Source of the DNA: an uncultured Bacilli bacterium
Lineage (GTDB): Bacteria > Bacillota_I > Bacilli_A > RF39 > UBA660
Reading direction: 5' to 3'
Assembly (NCBI GenBank): GCA_910589335.1
Contig: CAJUTW010000002.1
Coordinates: forward strand, 1-59,869
DNA length: 59,869 nt
This document shows positions 30,192 through 39,527 of the stretch, piece after piece (the stretch's first letter is position 1; each line of letters starts with the position of its first letter). The position numbers and the translations under genes were made by a program. Under the pieces are notes generated by a model. The model saw only the letters and a program-made list of their open reading frames with translations. It was not told where the DNA came from and searched no databases.

Positions 30192-30974
30192 CTATATTTC
30201 TATTTCTTCTTCCAAATCTTTTTCAACATCTTTAAACCATCCTAATTCTTCATCCCATTCAAGTTCATTATTTTTTAGTCTAGCTATATTATTTAAAATT
30301 GAGTTCTTTAGATATCCAAACCTATTTGCTATTTTTTCACCATTCTCATCAACAAAATTACGATCTAGTACTCTTGGTATTATATAGTGCAAAATCATCA
30401 ACAAATCCTTTGTTTCGTACTCATTTAAGAGAGTTTCAAATAACTTGTCATAATTATAAATATCAGTATCATCTTTTGTAATGTATTTCCTATCTATTAA
30501 ATTAATAGTTAAATAATTATGATTATCTTCAAAAATTCGATTTTTGGTTTTATCTTCTTTATCTGTTTGTTCTTTAATACTTTGTTTATTAGTATTTAGT
30601 TGTGTATCATTTTCAAGAGATTGAAAATCAAGGTATTGGTTTTCGGTATCTTGCTTTTGTATACTTGGTTCTAAATGAGGTTCTTCGTAGATATTATAAA
30701 AATATTCAATCTTTTTGCTTTCAGTTTGATTAGGATATAACTTAGTTATAGATAAATAATGATGTTCTTTTAATTCATTTAAAGTATTTCTAATTGGTGT
30801 TTTACTTTCTTTAGAGTTAACAACAAGTCCTGCAAGTGAATAGTCCCAATCGTCTGGTAAAGACAACATATAAGAAAGAAGTCCTTTAGCTTTTAAACTT
30901 AGATTTTTATTTTGTAGATGGTGATTACTCATAATTGTAAAATTTTTCGTTTTTTCAACTTTAAATACAGCCAT
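30192..30974 (-). CDS. HTH-domain protein, replication-initiator/DnaD-like (mobile-element type)
   Basis: The N-terminus FTIMSNHHLQNKNLSLKAKGLLSYMLSLPDDWDYSLAGL is a common mobile-element HTH module. Start set to ATG 30974 (MAVFKV) after AAGGGTGA. Confidence 0.45.
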   Translation of the reverse strand: MAVFKVEKTKNFTIMSNHHLQNKNLSLKAKGLLSYMLSLPDDWDYSLAGLVVNSKESKTPIRNTLNELKEHHYLSITKLYPNQTESKKIEYFYNIYEEPHLEPSIQKQDTENQYLDFQSLENDTQLNTNKQSIKEQTDKEDKTKNRIFEDNHNYLTINLIDRKYITKDDTDIYNYDKLFETLLNEYETKDLLMILHYIIPRVLDRNFVDENGEKIANRFGYLKNSILNNIARLKNNELEWDEELGWFKDVEKDLEEEIEI

Positions 30975-31007
30975 TATAATCACCCTTTCTGTTATTTTTA
31001 AACATGA

Positions 31008-31029
31008 AAAAAATCCTAATTTCTTAGGA
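31008..31029 (-). terminator. Rho-independent terminator after the Zn-ribbon gene
   Basis: Minus strand: TCCTAA-gaaa-TTAGGA followed by TTTTTTC. Confidence 0.55.
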
Positions 31030-31073
31030 CTTTAAATCAAAGATATTACTCACAAATATTTCTTTAAATGGTT

Positions 31074-31643
31074 TTATAAAACCCTCCAATTGTCAGGCAC
31101 TTTATCATTACCACTTTTTACATAGCAGGCTCCGTTGTAATAGGTAAATTTTAATATCCAATAGTATTCATCATAATCATAATTTTTACCATAATGAGCA
31201 TTCCAAATATTAGGTTTATATTCCTTAAAACTAGAAAGAATTTTATTTTTGTTATCAATTGTAAGAGATTCATTTTCTTTAATGGATATCCAATTAATTC
31301 TTAAAGAATATTTTGGATCTTCTTTATCACTAAAATCAAGGATATATCTATAATAGTTATTGTTAATATAAATGATAAAGTTAATGATTGATATATCAAC
31401 TGTATACATAACTTTTCTAGACTGAAAAGTATTCTTACAGTCTTTACAATATCGATTAGGTAAATGACTCATTAATCTTTCACCATCAAAGTCATACTTT
31501 GGGGATCCCTTACGATAAGATTCATTTAATCCAATGTCCTCTTGGTTAATATAATTCTTTTTCGTTTTCTTTTCCCCTAAATAACCATAGGCAATATTAA
31601 ATGTATTCTGACTATTACAAAACGGGCAGGTTAATTTTCCCAT
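31074..31643 (-). CDS. Hypothetical protein with an N-terminal CxxC...CxxC zinc-ribbon
   Basis: 189 aa with CPFCNS ... CKDCKN, then a Y/N/W-rich domain. SD GGAGGA. It has its own terminator. Confidence 0.6.
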   Translation of the reverse strand: MGKLTCPFCNSQNTFNIAYGYLGEKKTKKNYINQEDIGLNESYRKGSPKYDFDGERLMSHLPNRYCKDCKNTFQSRKVMYTVDISIINFIIYINNNYYRYILDFSDKEDPKYSLRINWISIKENESLTIDNKNKILSSFKEYKPNIWNAHYGKNYDYDEYYWILKFTYYNGACYVKSGNDKVPDNWRVL

Positions 31644-31695
31644 CTAATTCCTCCAATACTTGCAAGTTCTTAAACAAAAAAGCCTTTATTTATAA

Positions 31696-31751
31696 GTTCT
31701 CTCTATATGTCTTGCATCGGACTTAATGACATGGTGTGAAAAAAACTAGTT
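31696..31751. other. Middle junction / full att-like site (inverted half-sites)
   Basis: GTTCTCTCTATATGTCTT (31696-31713) is an inverted relative of both AATGACATGGTGTGAAAAAAACTA (31725-31748) and the left-junction half-site. ATATGTCTT is the exact reverse complement of 22710-22718. Confidence 0.45.
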
Positions 31752-31760
31752 AAAAAAATT

Positions 31761-33107
31761 TTAATATATTTTATAGAAAATACTAATCTTATTGTTATCA
31801 ATTTCAACACGATCGATTAGGTGTTCTATAATACTTCTTTGTTCTTCAAAAGTCATACAGTTCCATGTAGAACTAATACTTTTTACAGTTTCAAAAGCAA
31901 CTTTGTTTGCTCTTTCTCTTTGTTCACTATTTTCAATTTTAGCATTTATACTTTCTCTTTCATTTTCTAATTCTTTTATTTTTTTTCTAGTTTCTTCTAC
32001 TGCTATACCCTCTGATATAAAACTTATTAGGTTACTAATCTGTTTGTTTATTTTGTCTAGTCTTTCTTTTAATTCATTTATAACATTTACTGTTGCTATA
32101 TTAAAAGTTTCTTTAAATAAATTTTCATCTAAACTCATAGAAAATAACTGTTCCAACACAATATGTTCAATTTCAAAAGTATCCCATCTTTTATTTTTAC
32201 AGTTAGGATCTTTAACATATCTTTTTCTACTTGATTGTTGAGAATTGCAATACATAACAAGTCTTTTTCCCCATTTTTGGTAACGATATTTTGCACCACA
32301 ATGCCCACAAACAACTTTACCAGATAAAAGATAATGCTTATCATATTTTTCTCTACTTCTTAATTTATTTACTCTTAATATTTCTTCGTATAATTCTTTA
32401 GATACGACTGCTTCGTGTTGCCCCTCATATATTTCACCTTTATAAGGAATAACACCAGTATTGGTGATAGATAATAGTCTTCTTTCAACCATTCGTTCAT
32501 CCATATTTACTACTTCACCTATGTTATTAAAACTTTTTCCACTCAAATACATTGAAATCATTTTATTTAAAACTTCTACTTGTTCTGGTATAGGTATAAG
32601 TATTCCTTGTTCCTTATCATATCTATAAGGAAAAGGTATTTTTCCTCCACCTCTCCATAAACCAGATTCGGCTCTTTTTTTGATCCCTATTCGTGTTCTT
32701 TCTAGGATAGTTTCTCTTTCAAGTTGTGCAAAGACAGATAGAACTCCTATCATGGCTTTTCCAAAAGGACTTGTAGTGTCAAAATTTTCTTTCATTGATA
32801 TAAACCCAACATTATATTTATTAAATACTTCTTCAATTAAATATAAAGTATCTTTTTGACTACGAGAGATTCTATCAAGTTTAAAAACTATAACAGTATC
32901 TATCTTATGATCTTTTGCATCTTGTATCAACTTTTGAATTGCAGGTCTATTTAAGTCCTTTCCACTATATCCACCATCAACATAATATTCGTATTCTGTA
33001 AATTCCTTACTTTTAGCATAATTTAAAAGAAATTCTTTTTGTGCATCTATTGAATAACCCTCTAGTTGTGTGTCAGTAGAAACCCTAGCATATAGTCCTG
33101 CCTTTAT
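31761..33107 (-). CDS. Large serine recombinase 2
   Basis: GLYARVSTDTQ, VFKLDRISRS, zinc ribbon (CGHCGAKYRYQKW..C) and a coiled coil. The ORF-track TTG start at 32930 removes the catalytic Ser. ATA 33107-33105 lies 7 nt after GGAGG (33119-33115), with no canonical start back to the TAA at 33131. Confidence 0.85.
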   Translation of the reverse strand: MKAGLYARVSTDTQLEGYSIDAQKEFLLNYAKSKEFTEYEYYVDGGYSGKDLNRPAIQKLIQDAKDHKIDTVIVFKLDRISRSQKDTLYLIEEVFNKYNVGFISMKENFDTTSPFGKAMIGVLSVFAQLERETILERTRIGIKKRAESGLWRGGGKIPFPYRYDKEQGILIPIPEQVEVLNKMISMYLSGKSFNNIGEVVNMDERMVERRLLSITNTGVIPYKGEIYEGQHEAVVSKELYEEILRVNKLRSREKYDKHYLLSGKVVCGHCGAKYRYQKWGKRLVMYCNSQQSSRKRYVKDPNCKNKRWDTFEIEHIVLEQLFSMSLDENLFKETFNIATVNVINELKERLDKINKQISNLISFISEGIAVEETRKKIKELENERESINAKIENSEQRERANKVAFETVKSISSTWNCMTFEEQRSIIEHLIDRVEIDNNKISIFYKIY

Positions 33108-33200
33108 AAGTATTCCTCCATTTCCATTTTAAAGGCATTTTTTAGAACTATAAACTTACGAATCCATCCTAGCATGATTTCTACAAAAAGTAAAATCATG

Positions 33201-33320
33201 TTACAATTTAATATATTTTTTAATAATCTCATAGATTACTTTGTCTTTTACTTTTAATTCTTTGGGATCAATTTTATTTCCTTTGGCATCAAAGTTAAAA
33301 ATTTCTATATTTTCAGTCAT
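33201..33320 (-). CDS. 39-aa conserved small protein upstream of recombinase 2 (candidate directionality/accessory factor)
   Basis: ATG 33320 follows AGGTGA. Product MTENIEIFNFDAKGNKIDPKELKVKDKVIYEIIKKYIKL is homologous to the 24218-24334 product. Confidence 0.55.
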   Translation of the reverse strand: MTENIEIFNFDAKGNKIDPKELKVKDKVIYEIIKKYIKL

Positions 33321-33366
33321 TGAATCACCTTTAGTAAAGTTTATTACTTCGTTTAAAGAATAAGAA

Positions 33367-35394
33367 CTAGACATTTTTATTTCCTTTCTCTAAAGTCAAG
33401 TCTTTTTCTAAAGGGTTTTTCAAATGTATTTCAATGGTAGACTTAGTATTATTACCATTATCTATTTCTAAATGAAATACTTCCTTATTTATCTTACCTT
33501 TAATAAAGGTTAGTTCTTTTGTATTTAGTGGCTTAGATAATTCAAAACTAGCATAAGTTCTATTATTATTTTCTTTAAATTCAAATAAAGAAATTTTATC
33601 TTTAAGTTGATCTTGTACGATTTCAATTATATTTTTTAATTTTTCTTTTTCTTCTTCCCTAAATTTATCTAATTCTAATAATTCTTCTTTATAGATAGAT
33701 TTATCATTTCTATTTCTAAATAGTCTATCATATTTAGTCTTAATATCTTCAACAGTAAAATAAGTACTACTTAAATCCACTAGTGGTATCATTTTTCTTT
33801 CCAGTTCACCACTAGAATAACATGATAATTTTTTATAAATAACAGTATCCCTAAAAATTGGATGTCCAATAGTAGGAAAAATTATAGTTTTGTGATGAAG
33901 ATTTTTTACTTCATCTGGTGTTAAAAGATCACGAGCAATTAAAGAAGTAGATTTATTTCCATTATAATTAGTTAAACTAATAGACTGGCTTATAGAGTTA
34001 CTTTCAATAGATTTTTTTCCTAGCATTTTTGAAACTGCCTCAGCAGTTGACATGGTATTCGTTTTAAGGTATTGCAGACCAGCATTATCAAGAATAATCT
34101 GGGCTACTTCTTTACCATAAACATTATCAAGTTGACTTAAACTTTGTATAAACAAATGATACCTTAACCCACGAGAACGAGCAACTGAAATTATGGATTC
34201 GATACTTGGCTCTACTAGTGGTGGACAATTAGAAAATTCATCACATATCCAGTCAATTTCAATAGGACATTTTTTATTTTCATTAGCATTAGCAAGTTTT
34301 ACTAATTCCTTATACAAAAGACCTAATATGATAGTAACTAAGGAATAGTAAACTTTATCTTCATCTGGAACTATAACAAACAAAGCAGACTTTTCCTTAC
34401 CCAAAATATCAAAGTCAAAATCTGACTTACTAGTAACATTAGCAACATTGACATCATCAAATATAGCCATTTTTTCAGAGAAAACACTAGTAATAGACTT
34501 ATAAGTATTTTCACTAGATGATAAAATAGGAACTAGACTATCTTTTGATTTAGTTCCATAAGGTTTTTGTTCTATATATGATTTAAACTTCTTAGAATTT
34601 TTTTCTTCCATTGTAGAGTTTTGAAACTTACGAATAGAAGTCATAGTAATTTGTTCACGATTAATTTTACCATCTTTATATTCTTCTAAGAAAAAACCAA
34701 TTAAACCCTCCAGTAAGTTTTTAGCACTATTGTTCCAGAATGGATCTTTACCTTGTGATTTATCATAGGTAATCATGGATGCTAGAGAAGTAATTAGTCT
34801 ATTAGTTTCAGCATAACTAGAAATAGATTTATTTTGATAATCTAGTCTTTCATTTTCATTAGTAGCAGTATTAACTAGATTTTCATATTTTATATATTTT
34901 TCATATTCACAGATGACTGGCTCTAAAATATTTATATGATTTGATAATTCTGGATGCCTAAAATCTATTGTTAAAACTTTATATCCTTTATCATATAGCA
35001 TTTTAGAAGTTGTATGGTAAATTTCACCCTTAGGATCTGTAACAAATACACTTCGTGGCTTTTTGGCATTAGCAATAAAACTCACCATATTTATAACACA
35101 AGTAACAGACTTACCAGATCCACTAGATCCCAAATAAACATAATGGGGTGTTTCTTTATCAAACCATACATGATTTATATTTTTGTCATAATAAACTGGA
35201 AAACCAACATCATGAATATTAGAGATTTTTTCTTTTACAAAATGTTTATTTATTTCTGATTCACTAGAAAATCTTGCAGATCCATACTCATTATTATTTT
35301 TAATTTTGTGTTTTGAAATTACTGGCTCTATATAAATAAAGCAAATAATGAAAACAATTAAAACTAACAATAAAATAATAAGGGGCAAACTCAT
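33367..35394 (-). CDS. Type IV coupling protein (VirD4/TraG family)
   Basis: 675 aa, N-terminal TM, Walker A GSSGSGKS, Walker B-like IDWICDEF and a C-terminal extension. Confidence 0.8.
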   Translation of the reverse strand: MSLPLIILLLVLIVFIICFIYIEPVISKHKIKNNNEYGSARFSSESEINKHFVKEKISNIHDVGFPVYYDKNINHVWFDKETPHYVYLGSSGSGKSVTCVINMVSFIANAKKPRSVFVTDPKGEIYHTTSKMLYDKGYKVLTIDFRHPELSNHINILEPVICEYEKYIKYENLVNTATNENERLDYQNKSISSYAETNRLITSLASMITYDKSQGKDPFWNNSAKNLLEGLIGFFLEEYKDGKINREQITMTSIRKFQNSTMEEKNSKKFKSYIEQKPYGTKSKDSLVPILSSSENTYKSITSVFSEKMAIFDDVNVANVTSKSDFDFDILGKEKSALFVIVPDEDKVYYSLVTIILGLLYKELVKLANANENKKCPIEIDWICDEFSNCPPLVEPSIESIISVARSRGLRYHLFIQSLSQLDNVYGKEVAQIILDNAGLQYLKTNTMSTAEAVSKMLGKKSIESNSISQSISLTNYNGNKSTSLIARDLLTPDEVKNLHHKTIIFPTIGHPIFRDTVIYKKLSCYSSGELERKMIPLVDLSSTYFTVEDIKTKYDRLFRNRNDKSIYKEELLELDKFREEEKEKLKNIIEIVQDQLKDKISLFEFKENNNRTYASFELSKPLNTKELTFIKGKINKEVFHLEIDNGNNTKSTIEIHLKNPLEKDLTLEKGNKNV

Positions 35395-35418
35395 TGTAAA
35401 CCCCTTACTAGATTATTG

Positions 35419-35574
35419 CTATAAAGCATAATCCTCCTTATTTAATACATAAATTCTTTTATGATAAATAAGTAAATATTTAATAACTTTGTCATTTTCA
35501 ATAACAACATATCTATGCCCCCAAAACTTTTTATGAAACCATAGAAATTTTGAAAGTAATTCTTTAAATTTCAT
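35419..35574 (-). CDS. 51-aa small hypothetical protein
   Basis: ATG 35574 overlaps the stop region of the upstream gene (..ATGAAATTTAA..). The ORF fills the gap to the coupling-protein gene. It is below the ORF-track size cutoff. Confidence 0.35.
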   Translation of the reverse strand: MKFKELLSKFLWFHKKFWGHRYVVIENDKVIKYLLIYHKRIYVLNKEDYAL

Positions 35575-35929
35575 AAGAATCACCTAATTTTTTATCTAAG
35601 TCATAGACAATATTATCAATGATAGTATTTATATCATTATTCGTTATATTATTAAAATTACCATAGTTATCTTTAATTAAATAATCACATTTAATATTTT
35701 CTACATTTTGTAACATATATTCAATTCTTTCCCAACCAGATTTATCAATATCATTTCTTATAATATCTCTAATACCATTATCATCATAAATATCATCTGT
35801 ATATTCGTACAAGTCATTTTGGTAAACATAGTCCATAAAATCATTAATTCTAGTATATAGAAATTTACCATCATTAGTAGTTTTAAATTCTAATAATTCT
35901 TCTTTATTCAATGTCATAGTCTTGTTCAT
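35564..35929 (-). CDS. Acidic hypothetical ICE protein
   Basis: 121 aa. By hand count, about 26 D+E versus 13 K+R. Confidence 0.6.
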   Translation of the reverse strand: MNKTMTLNKEELLEFKTTNDGKFLYTRINDFMDYVYQNDLYEYTDDIYDDNGIRDIIRNDIDKSGWERIEYMLQNVENIKCDYLIKDNYGNFNNITNNDINTIIDNIVYDLDKKLGDSYEI

Positions 35930-36758
35930 TTTCCTTTTCTATGATTTCTTTCTTAGCAAGTTCAAGCCCATGTTTTAAATTAGGGCTACTCATAACTTGT
36001 TCATAAGAAAGTTCCAAAGCATCTAAAGTATCTTCTATATCATAAGTAATACAATATTCATGATTTTCAAGTTCACTTACAAACATATCCTTGATATAAC
36101 CATCACCAGTTTTATCTGATTCTATTAATTCTTTATTTTCTTTTCTAATTTCATCCCACATTTTATTGTATTCTTCTAAATCAGTTTTTCTTATAAAACC
36201 TCCACCACCAATAGAGAGTATTTTATCTGTATCATTTTCTTCCAAACCCCATTTTTCCATCATATCTTTAAATTGCTCATTACTAAAAGCAAAACCTAGT
36301 GGAAAATCATTTACTCTTTTCTGATGTCTATTTTTTACTTCATCATATTTATTTATAGACTTTTCTTTTTGATTTTCAATATATTTATCTATTCCAGTAA
36401 CTTTAAAATATTCATCTTCACCACATCCATTATCCATTTCAGAAATAATATTAAATAATGATAAATCTTGTATATCTTCAATTGGATAAATTCTATTTTC
36501 TATGTTGGGCTCTAATTTTATCTGATTATCAGAGTTATCTATAAAATCTTCAAAACTTCGTTGCCCATCTCTTTCACCACAAACATAGATTAATTTATCA
36601 TCTTTTTCAAAATTATATCTATTTATATCTTTTTTAACTTCAACTATAAAATATGGATCACAAAAAATATATTGCTCACGATCACTATTTATAATTTGTT
36701 CTATTAATTCATTTTGATATGTTTTTTTAACTTTTATAACACTTTCTTGATATCCCAT
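35904..36758 (-). CDS. Acidic hypothetical ICE protein
   Basis: 284-aa, D/E-rich ORF abutting the methyltransferase gene (its start at 36758 is adjacent to the MTase stop at 36759). Confidence 0.6.
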   Translation of the reverse strand: MGYQESVIKVKKTYQNELIEQIINSDREQYIFCDPYFIVEVKKDINRYNFEKDDKLIYVCGERDGQRSFEDFIDNSDNQIKLEPNIENRIYPIEDIQDLSLFNIISEMDNGCGEDEYFKVTGIDKYIENQKEKSINKYDEVKNRHQKRVNDFPLGFAFSNEQFKDMMEKWGLEENDTDKILSIGGGGFIRKTDLEEYNKMWDEIRKENKELIESDKTGDGYIKDMFVSELENHEYCITYDIEDTLDALELSYEQVMSSPNLKHGLELAKKEIIEKENEQDYDIE

Positions 36759-37469
36759 TTAATCACCATCCTTTTTTGTTTCTAATATTCTTTTATTAGC
36801 AATATCAAAGTATTTTTTGTTTATTTCAAACCCTATGTATTTTCTATTTTCTAAAATACAAGCAACTGCAGTTGTACCACTACCTAAAAAGCAGTCTAAA
36901 ACTAAATCATTTTCTTTAGAACTATTCCTAATTAATCTTCTTATTAGTTCTAAAGGTTTTATGGTAGGGTGTTGATATTTTTTTTTATCTTCTACATTTG
37001 CCTTAGATATGTATATACTTTTAGCATCTTCATAACTTTTTGGCTTACAATAGCCATCTTTTCTAAAGTACAAACAATATTCTTTGTCGTTCATGTATTT
37101 ATTACTAAAAAGGGGTATAGGATTCGTTTTACCCCAGATAACAACTTCTAACTTACATTGAAGTTGTAAATTAAAATATTTTATATACATTGGAATTTGT
37201 CTAGCATTACACCAAATATAAATATTAATTCCTTTCATAACTCTAACAATTTCATCTAAAACTTTAATATCAAAACTGCTAACTAAATTATTATCAATTA
37301 GTTCTTTTTCTAACTTCATAATGTCATGAGAGAGTTTATCATTTCCTTTTTTACCACCTGCAGTACAAATATCATAAGGTGGATCAATTAAAACTAGATC
37401 AATAGAGTTATCTGGTATTTTTTTTAGACCAACTAGACAATCTTCATTATATATTTTGTTTACTTCCAT
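36759..37469 (-). CDS. DNA methyltransferase (beta-class N6-adenine/N4-cytosine), orphan
   Basis: DPPY motif (LVLIDPPYDI) is N-terminal and FLGSGTT (AdoMet motif I) is C-terminal. No adjacent restriction endonuclease candidate. Confidence 0.8.
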   Translation of the reverse strand: MEVNKIYNEDCLVGLKKIPDNSIDLVLIDPPYDICTAGGKKGNDKLSHDIMKLEKELIDNNLVSSFDIKVLDEIVRVMKGINIYIWCNARQIPMYIKYFNLQLQCKLEVVIWGKTNPIPLFSNKYMNDKEYCLYFRKDGYCKPKSYEDAKSIYISKANVEDKKKYQHPTIKPLELIRRLIRNSSKENDLVLDCFLGSGTTAVACILENRKYIGFEINKKYFDIANKRILETKKDGD

Positions 37470-37720
37470 TAACTAGGTTTCCTTTCAAATAAAAAGGTGG
37501 GAAGTATATCCCATCTTTGCCTAGTTAAATATTCATAATCTATTTTTAAAATTTTACTTAATCTATATAAAAAAACACTATTAACATTTTTTATCTTATC
37601 ATTTTCTAATTTACTTAAAGTAGAAATAGAAATGCTAGATAATTCTGATAGTGTTCTTAAAGACATTTTTCTTTTTATTCTTTCTTGTTTCAATAAATTT
37701 CCAATTTTATTTATAAACAT
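37469..37720 (-). CDS. XRE-family helix-turn-helix regulator
   Basis: 83 aa. RIKRKMSLRTLSELSSISISTLSKLEN is a typical HTH_3 motif. Confidence 0.7.
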   Translation of the reverse strand: MFINKIGNLLKQERIKRKMSLRTLSELSSISISTLSKLENDKIKNVNSVFLYRLSKILKIDYEYLTRQRWDILPTFLFERKPS

Positions 37721-37745
37721 TCCTCCTTTACTTAATTTATTGTAT

Positions 37746-37774
37746 AAAAAAACAGATCATTAAATTTTGATCTG
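37746..37774 (-). terminator. Rho-independent terminator closing the TCS/ABC cassette
   Basis: Minus strand: CAGATCA-8 nt-TGATCTG followed by T7. A second hairpin, CTCGA..TCGAG, lies just upstream at 37775-37797. Confidence 0.65.
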
Positions 37775-37807
37775 CTCGATTAATTGTAATTTGTCGAGTA
37801 TAACATA

Positions 37808-38689
37808 TCAAAATTTCACTCGAATTATTAGCCTATTATTTTTATATTTTGCTTCTATTTTTCCATTGTTTAAATCTATTAAATGTTTAGCAATACTTAA
37901 TCCTATACCATTTGATTTTCTTGCATTTCGTACCGTATAATATCTATCAAAAATTTTTTCTAAACTAACTTGATCTAATTTATCTGTCTTATTTGAAAAT
38001 TCTATTGCACCATCATCAAACAATTTAACTTTAAAATCACCATCACTATACTTAATAGCATTAGATATAATATTTTCAAATATTCTTTTAAGCATATTTT
38101 CATTTAGTAATCTAATTACTTTATCCTTACATATATCTATATTAGGAGTAACGCTATGTTCTTTAAATAAACTATAAAAACTGGCAATAGAATCTTCCAA
38201 AATATCATTTATACAAACATTTTCTCTTTTTATTTCGTTTTGTATATCTACGCTTTTTGAAAAATCGAAAAGTTGTTCTGTTAATTCTGTTAAATCACTT
38301 ACTTTGTCATCAATAATTTTCAAATACTTTAGTTGTTTTTCAGTAAGATTATTATTATCCATTAAATCAAGATAACCTCTTATTGCTGTAAGAGGTGTTC
38401 TTAAATCGTGAGAAATATTTGTAATAGATGATTTAAGTTCTTGATTTCCATTTTTATATTCGAGCTCTAATTTTCGTAATTCTTTTAAACTCTTATTTAG
38501 CACATTTGCCAGTTTTACGAGTTCTCTATCCTTTGAACTAATAGTGATTAAATTATTTGTATCTGCATTTATTATACTTGATACAGATTTACCAATATTA
38601 TTGATTTCATTTTTCATTATTATAATCTTTAAAATTAGGAATATTGATAAACATAGTACTATTAAAAATAGATAAAACCAGATACTCAT
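37808..38689 (-). CDS. Sensor histidine kinase (small, intramembrane-sensing type)
   Basis: One or two N-terminal TM helices, H-box SHDLRTPLTAIRGY and N/G boxes (NAIKYS, GIGLSIAKH). Start set to ATG 38689 after AAGGTGA. Confidence 0.85.
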   Translation of the reverse strand: MSIWFYLFLIVLCLSIFLILKIIIMKNEINNIGKSVSSIINADTNNLITISSKDRELVKLANVLNKSLKELRKLELEYKNGNQELKSSITNISHDLRTPLTAIRGYLDLMDNNNLTEKQLKYLKIIDDKVSDLTELTEQLFDFSKSVDIQNEIKRENVCINDILEDSIASFYSLFKEHSVTPNIDICKDKVIRLLNENMLKRIFENIISNAIKYSDGDFKVKLFDDGAIEFSNKTDKLDQVSLEKIFDRYYTVRNARKSNGIGLSIAKHLIDLNNGKIEAKYKNNRLIIRVKF

Positions 38690-38702
38690 AATAATCACCT
38701 TT

Positions 38703-39527
38703 CTATTTTAGTTCTTTCTTTTTAAATAAGATTAATCCTACACCAGTAGATATTACTAAAACTCCTAAAGAATATATTGGTAATACTTTTAAATTTGGAG
38801 CAGTTCTACCTGCAATCTGAAACATTTGTCCTGCTGGATTAATATCAACCATTATTTGATAAATTTTTCTTTTATCTTCACTAAGATATCTTGGATTTGG
38901 TACTTCTTTTATTTTAGTTTCGCCATTTACTATTGATGCTTGTTGAATTGTTTTAGGGGCTTCTAACTTGTTAAAACAAATCATAGCATTCATCATCATT
39001 CCAAATGCTAACATAATTGATACGACTGCTGTAATCGTTTTGTTGGAAATAATCATTGCTAAAAATGTAAATATACCTGTATATGCAATAATTGTTACAA
39101 ATATACACCCTAATAACATTAATAATTTTGAAATTGGTAATGTTATTGTTCCAAATAATGGAATTCCTATACTTGCAACTATTACTAAAAATACAATATA
39201 AGAAAATAAACTTGTAATCGTTACGATTATTAAATTAGATAAGTAGATATTTGTTCTTTTATGTCCTATACTAATTTTATTTCTAATTGCTCCATCTGAA
39301 TATTCTACCCCTAAAAATAAACTTGTAAATATAGCAATAGCAATACCAACTATTGTTGAGTAATTAAGCATAAGTTGTTCTACTTCTATTACTCTCCCAA
39401 ATTTCTTCATATCACTATATTGTGTATAAATCATAAATAAAGCAAGACCAAAACTAAATACAGTTAATAACCAAAATAATTTATTTTTACGCAGTCTTGT
39501 AAAACCTGCATTTAATAATTTAATCAT
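38703..39527 (-). CDS. ABC-2 type transporter permease
   Basis: ~274 aa with six TM helices. Start ATG 39527 overlaps the ATPase stop and follows GGAGGTGG. Confidence 0.75.
   Translation of the reverse strand: MIKLLNAGFTRLRKNKLFWLLTVFSFGLALFMIYTQYSDMKKFGRVIEVEQLMLNYSTIVGIAIAIFTSLFLGVEYSDGAIRNKISIGHKRTNIYLSNLIIVTITSLFSYIVFLVIVASIGIPLFGTITLPISKLLMLLGCIFVTIIAYTGIFTFLAMIISNKTITAVVSIMLAFGMMMNAMICFNKLEAPKTIQQASIVNGETKIKEVPNPRYLSEDKRKIYQIMVDINPAGQMFQIAGRTAPNLKVLPIYSLGVLVISTGVGLILFKKKELK

Larger units (their letters stand above)
22710..31724. mobile_element. Putative ~9-kb integrative island (serine recombinase 1 + Shedu/RhuM and metabolic cargo), stacked on the ICE
   Basis: Bounded by two att-like junctions, each next to the 3' end of a large serine recombinase gene. 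It has no conjugation genes of its own. Boundaries are approximate. Confidence 0.4.
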
